Below are positions 1 to 7,633 of a DNA stretch of 7,633 bases, piece after piece. Each line of letters starts with the position of its first letter. The stretch's first letter is position 1. Source of the stretch: a virus (taxonomy: Duplodnaviria > Heunggongvirae > Uroviricota > Caudoviricetes); IMG/VR virus record IMGVR_UViG_2545824644_000010; one strand, 5' to 3'. A program made the position numbers and the translations under genes. The notes under the pieces are model-generated. The model ran no database searches and was not told the origin of the DNA. It was given only the letters and a program-made list of their open reading frames with translations.

Positions 1-2235
1 ATGTTCAGGGGGCTTGCCGGTGCGATCACCCTGCCGATGGTCGGGGCCACCTCGCTGGCGGTGGCGACCGGTGCGCTGGCGTATGCCTGGTATCAGGGCA
101 ACTCAACCCTGTCCGATTTCAACAAAACGCTGGTCCTTTCCGGCAATCAGGCGGGACTGACGGCAGATCGTATGCTGGTCCTGTCCAGAGCCGGGCAGGC
201 GGCAGGGCTGACGTTTAACCAGACCAGCGAGTCACTCAGCGCACTGGTTAAGGCGGGGGTAAGCGGTGAGGCTCAGATTGCGTCCATCAGCCAGAGTGTG
301 GCGCGTTTCTCCTCTGCATCCGGCGTGGAGGTGGACAAGGTCGCTGAAGCCTTCGGGAAGCTGACCACAGACCCGACGTCGGGGCTGACGGCGATGGCAC
401 GCCAGTTCCATAACGTGACGGCGGAGCAGATTGCGTATGTTGCTCAGTTGCAGCGTTCCGGCGATGAAGCCGGGGCATTGCAGGCGGCGAACGAGGCCGC
501 AACGAAAGGGTTTGATGACCAGACCCGCCGCCTGAAAGAGAACATGGGCACGCTGGAGACCTGGGCAGACAGGACTGCGCGGGCATTCAAATCCATGTGG
601 GATGCGGTGCTGGATATTGGTCGTCCTGATACCGCGCAGGAGATGCTGATTAAGGCAGAGGCTGCGTTTAAGAAAGCAGACGACATCTGGAATCTGCGCA
701 AGGATGATTATTTTGTTAACGATGAAGCGCGGGCGCGTTACTGGGATGATCGTGAAAAGGCCCGTCTTGCGCTTGAAGCCGCCCGAAAGAAGGCTGAGCA
801 GCAGACTCAACAGGACAAAAATGCGCAGCAGCAGAGCGATACCGAAGCGTCACGGCTGAAATATACCGAAGAGGCGCAGAAGGCTTACGAACGGCTGCAG
901 ACGCCGCTGGAGAAATATACCGCCCGTCAGGAAGAACTGAACAAGGCACTGAAAGACGGGAAAATCCTGCAGGCGGATTACAACACGCTGATGGCGGCGG
1001 CGAAAAAGGATTATGAAGCGACGCTGAAAAAGCCGAAACAGTCCGGCGTGAAGGTGTCTGCGGGCGATCGTCAGGAAGACAGTGCTCATGCTGCCCTGCT
1101 GACGCTTCAGGCAGAACTCCGGACGCTGGAGAAGCATGCCGGAGCGAATGAGAAAATCAGCCAGCAGCGCCGGGATTTGTGGAAGGCAGAAAGTCAGTTC
1201 GCGGTACTGGAGGAGGCGGCACAACGTCGCCAGCTGTCCGCACAGGAGAAATCCCTGCTGGCGCATAAAGATGAGACGCTGGAGTACAAACGCCAGCTGG
1301 CTGCACTTGGCGACAAGGTTACGTATCAGGAGCGCCTGAACGCGCTGGCGCAGCAGGCGGATAAATTCGCACAGCAGCAACGGGCAAAACGGGCCGCCAT
1401 TGATGCGAAAAGCCGGGGGCTGACTGACCGGCAGGCAGAACGGGAAGCCACGGAACAGCGCCTGAAGGAACAGTATGGCGATAATCCGCTGGCGCTGAAT
1501 AACGTCATGTCAGAGCAGAAAAAGACCTGGGCGGCTGAAGACCAGCTTCGCGGGAGCTGGATGGCAGGCCTGAAGTCCGGCTGGAGTGAGTGGGAAGAGA
1601 GCGCCACGGACAGTATGTCGCAGGTAAAAAGTGCAGCCACGCAGACCTTTGATGGTATTGCACAGAATATGGCGGCGATGCTGACCGGCAGTGAGCAGAA
1701 CTGGCGCAGCTTCACCCGTTCCGTGCTGTCCATGATGACAGAAATTCTGCTTAAGCAGGCAATGGTGGGGATTGTCGGGAGTATCGGCAGCGCCATTGGC
1801 GGGGCTGTTGGTGGCGGCGCATCCGCGTCAGGCGGTACAGCCATTCAGGCCGCTGCGGCGAAATTCCATTTTGCAACCGGAGGATTTACGGGAACCGGCG
1901 GCAAATATGAGCCAGCGGGGATTGTTCACCGTGGTGAGTTTGTCTTCACGAAGGAGGCAACCAGCCGGATTGGCGTGGGGAATCTTTACCGGCTGATGCG
2001 CGGCTATGCCACCGGCGGTTATGTCGGTACACCGGGCAGCATGGCAGACAGCCGGTCGCAGGCGTCCGGGACGTTTGAGCAGAATAACCATGTGGTGATT
2101 AACAACGACGGCACGAACGGGCAGATAGGTCCGGCTGCTCTGAAGGCGGTGTATGACATGGCCCGCAAGGGTGCCCGTGATGAAATTCAGACACAGATGC
2201 GTGATGGTGGCCTGTTCTCCGGAGGTGGACGATGA
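1..2235 (+). CDS. H: Tail tape measure protein, lambda gpH-like; C-terminal ~744 codons, 5' end lies upstream of the window (the ATG at position 1 is an internal Met, not the true start)
   Basis: Uninterrupted ORF from the window edge to TGA at 2233-2235. The translation is recognisable as lambda gpH: a long Ala/Glu/Lys/Gln/Arg-rich predicted helical region, then a Gly-rich hydrophobic segment (GSIGSAIGGAVGGGASASGG...ATGGFTGTGG) and the C-terminal region. Position immediately upstream of M-L-K-I-J matches the lambda tail operon. Confidence 0.93.
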   Translation: MFRGLAGAITLPMVGATSLAVATGALAYAWYQGNSTLSDFNKTLVLSGNQAGLTADRMLVLSRAGQAAGLTFNQTSESLSALVKAGVSGEAQIASISQSVARFSSASGVEVDKVAEAFGKLTTDPTSGLTAMARQFHNVTAEQIAYVAQLQRSGDEAGALQAANEAATKGFDDQTRRLKENMGTLETWADRTARAFKSMWDAVLDIGRPDTAQEMLIKAEAAFKKADDIWNLRKDDYFVNDEARARYWDDREKARLALEAARKKAEQQTQQDKNAQQQSDTEASRLKYTEEAQKAYERLQTPLEKYTARQEELNKALKDGKILQADYNTLMAAAKKDYEATLKKPKQSGVKVSAGDRQEDSAHAALLTLQAELRTLEKHAGANEKISQQRRDLWKAESQFAVLEEAAQRRQLSAQEKSLLAHKDETLEYKRQLAALGDKVTYQERLNALAQQADKFAQQQRAKRAAIDAKSRGLTDRQAEREATEQRLKEQYGDNPLALNNVMSEQKKTWAAEDQLRGSWMAGLKSGWSEWEESATDSMSQVKSAATQTFDGIAQNMAAMLTGSEQNWRSFTRSVLSMMTEILLKQAMVGIVGSIGSAIGGAVGGGASASGGTAIQAAAAKFHFATGGFTGTGGKYEPAGIVHRGEFVFTKEATSRIGVGNLYRLMRGYATGGYVGTPGSMADSRSQASGTFEQNNHVVINNDGTNGQIGPAALKAVYDMARKGARDEIQTQMRDGGLFSGGGR
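2221..2228 (+). promoter_or_regulatory. Shine-Dalgarno sequence for M (GGAGGTGG), inside the 3' end of H; the H stop and M start overlap, consistent with translational coupling
   Basis: GGAGGTGG sits 3-10 nt upstream of the ATG at 2232; the H TGA (2233-2235) overlaps the M ATG (2232-2234). Confidence 0.6.
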
Positions 2236-2561
2236 AGACCTTCCGCTGGAAAGTGAAACCCGGTATGGATGTGGCTTCGGTCCCTTCTGTAAGAAAGGTG
2301 CGCTTTGGTGATGGCTATTCCCAGCGAGCGCCTGCCGGGCTGAATGCCAACCTGAAAACGTACAGCGTGACGCTTTCTGTCCCCCGTGAGGAGGCCACGG
2401 TACTGGAGTCGTTTCTGGAAGAGCACGGGGGCTGGAAATCCTTTCTGTGGACGCCGCCTTATGAGTGGCGGCAGATAAAGGTGACCTGCGCAAAATGGTC
2501 GTCGCGGGTCAGTATGCTGCGTGTTGAGTTCAGCGCAGAGTTTGAACAGGTGGTGAACTGA
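2232..2561 (+). CDS. M: Minor tail protein, lambda gpM-like (tail tip assembly), 109 aa
   Basis: ORF 2232..2561. The ATG at 2232-2234 overlaps the H stop codon (ATGA). A strong Shine-Dalgarno GGAGGTGG lies at 2221-2228. The translation MKTFRWKVKPGMDVASVP... is recognisable as lambda gpM and sits in the expected position between H and L. Confidence 0.93.
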   Translation: MKTFRWKVKPGMDVASVPSVRKVRFGDGYSQRAPAGLNANLKTYSVTLSVPREEATVLESFLEEHGGWKSFLWTPPYEWRQIKVTCAKWSSRVSMLRVEFSAEFEQVVN

Positions 2562-3259
2562 TGCAGGATATCCGGCAGGAAACACTGAATGAATGCACCC
2601 GTGCGGAGCAGTCGGCCAGCGTGGTGCTCTGGGAAATCGACCTGACAGAGGTCGGTGGAGAACGTTATTTTTTCTGTAATGAGCAGAACGAAAAAGGTGT
2701 GCCGGTCACCTGGCAGGGGCGACAGTATCAGCCGTATCCCATTCAGGGGAGTGGTTTTGAACTGAATGGCAAAGGCACCAGTACGCGCCCCACGCTGACG
2801 GTTTCTAACCTGTACGGTATGGTCACCGGGATGGCGGAAGATCTGCAGAGTCTGGTCGGCGGAACGGTGGTCCGGCGTAAGGTTTACGCCCGTTTTCTGG
2901 ATGCGGTGAACTTCGTCAACGGAAACAGTGACGCCGATCCGGAGCAGGAGGTGATCAGCCGCTGGCGCATTGAGCAGTGCAGCGAACTGAGCGCGGTGAG
3001 TGCCTCTTTTGTACTGTCCACGCCGACGGAAACGGACGGCGCTGTTTTTCCGGGACGTATCATGCTGGCCAACACCTGCACCTGGACCTATCGCGGCGAT
3101 GAGTGCGGTTATCACGGTCCGGCGGTCGCGGATGAATATGACCAGCCAACGTCCGATATCACGAAGGATAAATGCAGCAAATGCCTGAGCGGTTGTAAGT
3201 TCCGCAATAACGTCGGCAACTTTGGCGGCTTCCTTTCCATTAACAAACTTTCGCAGTAA
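2561..3259 (+). CDS. L: Minor tail / tail tip protein, lambda gpL-like, 232 aa, with a C-terminal cysteine cluster
   Basis: ORF 2561..3259. The ATG at 2561-2563 overlaps the M stop (TGATG). AGGTGG lies at 2547-2552. The translation MQDIRQETLNECTRAEQ... is recognisable as lambda gpL. The C-terminal cysteines (C-x-W-T-Y-R-G-D-E-C ... C-S-K-C-L-S-G-C) fit the Fe-S-binding gpL family. Confidence 0.93.
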   Translation: MQDIRQETLNECTRAEQSASVVLWEIDLTEVGGERYFFCNEQNEKGVPVTWQGRQYQPYPIQGSGFELNGKGTSTRPTLTVSNLYGMVTGMAEDLQSLVGGTVVRRKVYARFLDAVNFVNGNSDADPEQEVISRWRIEQCSELSAVSASFVLSTPTETDGAVFPGRIMLANTCTWTYRGDECGYHGPAVADEYDQPTSDITKDKCSKCLSGCKFRNNVGNFGGFLSINKLSQ

Positions 3260-3264
3260 ATCCC

Positions 3265-4008
3265 ATGACACAGACAGAATCAGCGATTCTGGCGCACGCC
3301 CGGCGATGTGCGCCAGCGGAGTCGTGCGGCTTCGTGGTGAGAGCGCCGGAGGGGGAAAGATATTTTCCCTGCGTGAATATTTCCGGTGAGCCGGAGGATT
3401 ATTTCCGGATGGCTCCGGAGGACTGGCTGCAGGCAGAGATGCAGGGTGAGATTGTGGCACTGGTCCACAGTCATCCCGGTGGTCTGCCCTGGCTGAGTGA
3501 GGCTGACCGGCGGCTGCAGGTGCAGAGTGATTTGCCGTGGTGGCTGGTCTGCCGGGGGGCGATTCACAAGTTCCGCTGTGTGCCGCATCTCACCGGGCGG
3601 CGCTTTGAGCACGGGGTGACGGACTGTTACACGCTGTTCCGGGATGCTTATCATCTGGCGGGGATTGAGATGCCGGATTTTCATCGCGGGGATGACTGGT
3701 GGCGTCACGGTCAGAATCTCTATCTGGATAATCTGGAGGCCACAGGGCTGTATCAGGTGCCGTTGTCAGCGGCACAGCCGGGCGATGTTCTGCTGTGCTG
3801 TTTTGGTTCATCGGTGCCGAATCACGCCGCAATTTACTGCGGCGACGGCGAGCTGCTGCACCATATTCCTGAACAACTGAGTAAACGAGAGAGGTATACC
3901 GACAAATGGCAGCGACGCACACACTCCCTCTGGCGTCACCGGGCATGGCGCGCATCTGCCTTTACGGGGATTTACAACGATTTGGTCGCCGCATCGACCT
4001 TCGTGTGA
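3265..4008 (+). CDS. K: Tail tip assembly protein, lambda gpK-like, with a JAMM/MPN-type motif and an NlpC/P60-type Cys-His domain; 247 aa from the first ATG, or 199 aa if translation starts at the internal ATG at 3409
   Basis: ORF 3265..4008 in the expected position after L. The translation contains H-S-H-x7-S-x2-D (HSHPGGLPWLSEAD, nt 3466-3507), matching the JAMM metalloprotease signature, followed by a candidate NlpC/P60 catalytic Cys (GVTDCYTLF, Cys codon 3625-3627) and a downstream His (PNHAAIY). The first ATG has no obvious Shine-Dalgarno, whereas the in-frame ATG at 3409 is preceded by GGAGG at 3393-3397. Confidence 0.88.
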   Translation: MTQTESAILAHARRCAPAESCGFVVRAPEGERYFPCVNISGEPEDYFRMAPEDWLQAEMQGEIVALVHSHPGGLPWLSEADRRLQVQSDLPWWLVCRGAIHKFRCVPHLTGRRFEHGVTDCYTLFRDAYHLAGIEMPDFHRGDDWWRHGQNLYLDNLEATGLYQVPLSAAQPGDVLLCCFGSSVPNHAAIYCGDGELLHHIPEQLSKRERYTDKWQRRTHSLWRHRAWRASAFTGIYNDLVAASTFV

Positions 4009-4577
4009 AAACGGGGGCTGAAGCCATTCGGGCGCTGGCCACACAGCTCCCGGCGTTTCGTCAGAAACTGAGCGACGGCTGGTATCAGGTACGGATTGCC
4101 GGGCGGGACGTCAGCACGTCCGGGTTAACGGCGCAGTTACATGAGACTCTGCCTGACGGCGCTGTGATTCATATTGTTCCCAGAGTCGCCGGAGCCAAGT
4201 CAGGGGGCGTATTCCAGATTGTCCTGGGAGCAGCCGCCATTGCCGGATCATTCTTTACTGCCGGAGCCACCCTTGCAGCATGGGGGGCAGCCATTGGGGC
4301 CGGTGGTATGACCGGCATCCTGTTTTCTCTCGGTGCCAGTATGGTGCTCGGTGGTGTGGCCCAGATGCTGGCACCGAAAGCCAGAACTCCCCGTACACAG
4401 ACAACGGATAACGGCAAACAAAACACCTATTTCTCCTCACTGGATAACATGGTTGCCCAGGGCAATGTTCTGCCCGTTCTGTACGGTGAAATGCGCGTGG
4501 GATCACGTGTGGTTTCTCAGGAGATCAGCACGGCAGACGAAGGGGATGGTGGTCAGGTTGTGGTGATTGGTCGCTGA
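3906..4577 (+). CDS. I: Tail tip assembly protein, lambda gpI-like, 223 aa; N-terminal ubiquitin-like region and Gly/Ala-rich hydrophobic C-terminal region
   Basis: ORF 3906..4577 in a different frame from K, overlapping the K 3' end by 103 nt. AGAGAGG lies about 11 nt upstream of the ATG. The translation MAATHTLPLASPGMARICLYGDLQRFGRRIDLRV... is recognisable as lambda gpI. The C-terminal half has GxxxG-like Gly/Ala-rich hydrophobic stretches. Confidence 0.9.
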   Translation: MAATHTLPLASPGMARICLYGDLQRFGRRIDLRVKTGAEAIRALATQLPAFRQKLSDGWYQVRIAGRDVSTSGLTAQLHETLPDGAVIHIVPRVAGAKSGGVFQIVLGAAAIAGSFFTAGATLAAWGAAIGAGGMTGILFSLGASMVLGGVAQMLAPKARTPRTQTTDNGKQNTYFSSLDNMVAQGNVLPVLYGEMRVGSRVVSQEISTADEGDGGQVVVIGR

Positions 4578-4625
4578 TGCAAAACATTTTATGTGAAACC
4601 GCCTGCGGGCTGTTTTGTCGTTTAT

Positions 4626-4629
4626 GGAG
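4626..4629 (+). promoter_or_regulatory. Shine-Dalgarno sequence for J (GGAG)
   Basis: GGAG lies 8 nt upstream of the J ATG at 4638, within the 60-nt I-J intergenic spacer. Confidence 0.55.
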
Positions 4630-4634
4630 CGTGA

Positions 4635-7633
<2,999 letters not shown>

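Noticed and set aside
232-2493. Several minus-strand ORFs of 77-221 aa opposite H (232..810, 850..1380, 1326..1844, 1828..2493)
   Set aside because: All are antisense to the H coding frame. The repetitive GC-rich codons of H leave few stops on the opposite strand, and none has a plausible start context or recognisable product.
2459-3460. A 333-aa ORF on the minus strand, antisense to M, L and K
   Set aside because: It spans three well-supported + strand genes and their junctions, and its translation is low-complexity (Arg, Pro, Ala, His-rich). It is an antisense artefact.
1136-4566. Short + strand ORFs in alternative frames inside H, L, K and I (1136..1339, 1772..1996, 3000..3188, 3644..3880, 4333..4566)
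   Set aside because: They are nested within recognised genes in other frames, have no Shine-Dalgarno sequences, and translate to biased Arg/Cys/Trp-rich peptides. They are most likely chance ORFs.

Overview
This window is a contiguous piece of the tail-tip (late) operon of a lambda-like siphovirus or prophage, all on the + strand in the canonical order H-M-L-K-I-J. It holds the C-terminal ~744 codons of the tape measure gene H (5' end outside the window), M, L, K, I and most of the central tail fibre gene J. Genes are tightly packed, with start/stop overlaps at H/M and M/L and a 103-nt out-of-frame overlap between K and I. I found no RNA genes, CRISPR arrays, mobile elements or convincing promoters or terminators. 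I do not see a novel system here: the content is a well-characterised phage tail-tip module. The most notable feature is a break in the J reading frame. It stops at 7239-7241, while clearly J-like coding sequence continues in the +1 frame to the window end, with the shift localised to a GGGG run at 7225-7228. This is either a genuine pseudogenising frameshift or a homopolymer sequencing error. Secondary points are the ambiguous K start, the JAMM and NlpC/P60 motifs in K paired with a ubiquitin-like I, the cysteine cluster in L, and tandem FN3-like repeats in J. All long minus-strand ORFs are antisense artefacts of GC-rich coding sequence. Protein identifications rest on my recognition of the translated sequences, not on any database search.
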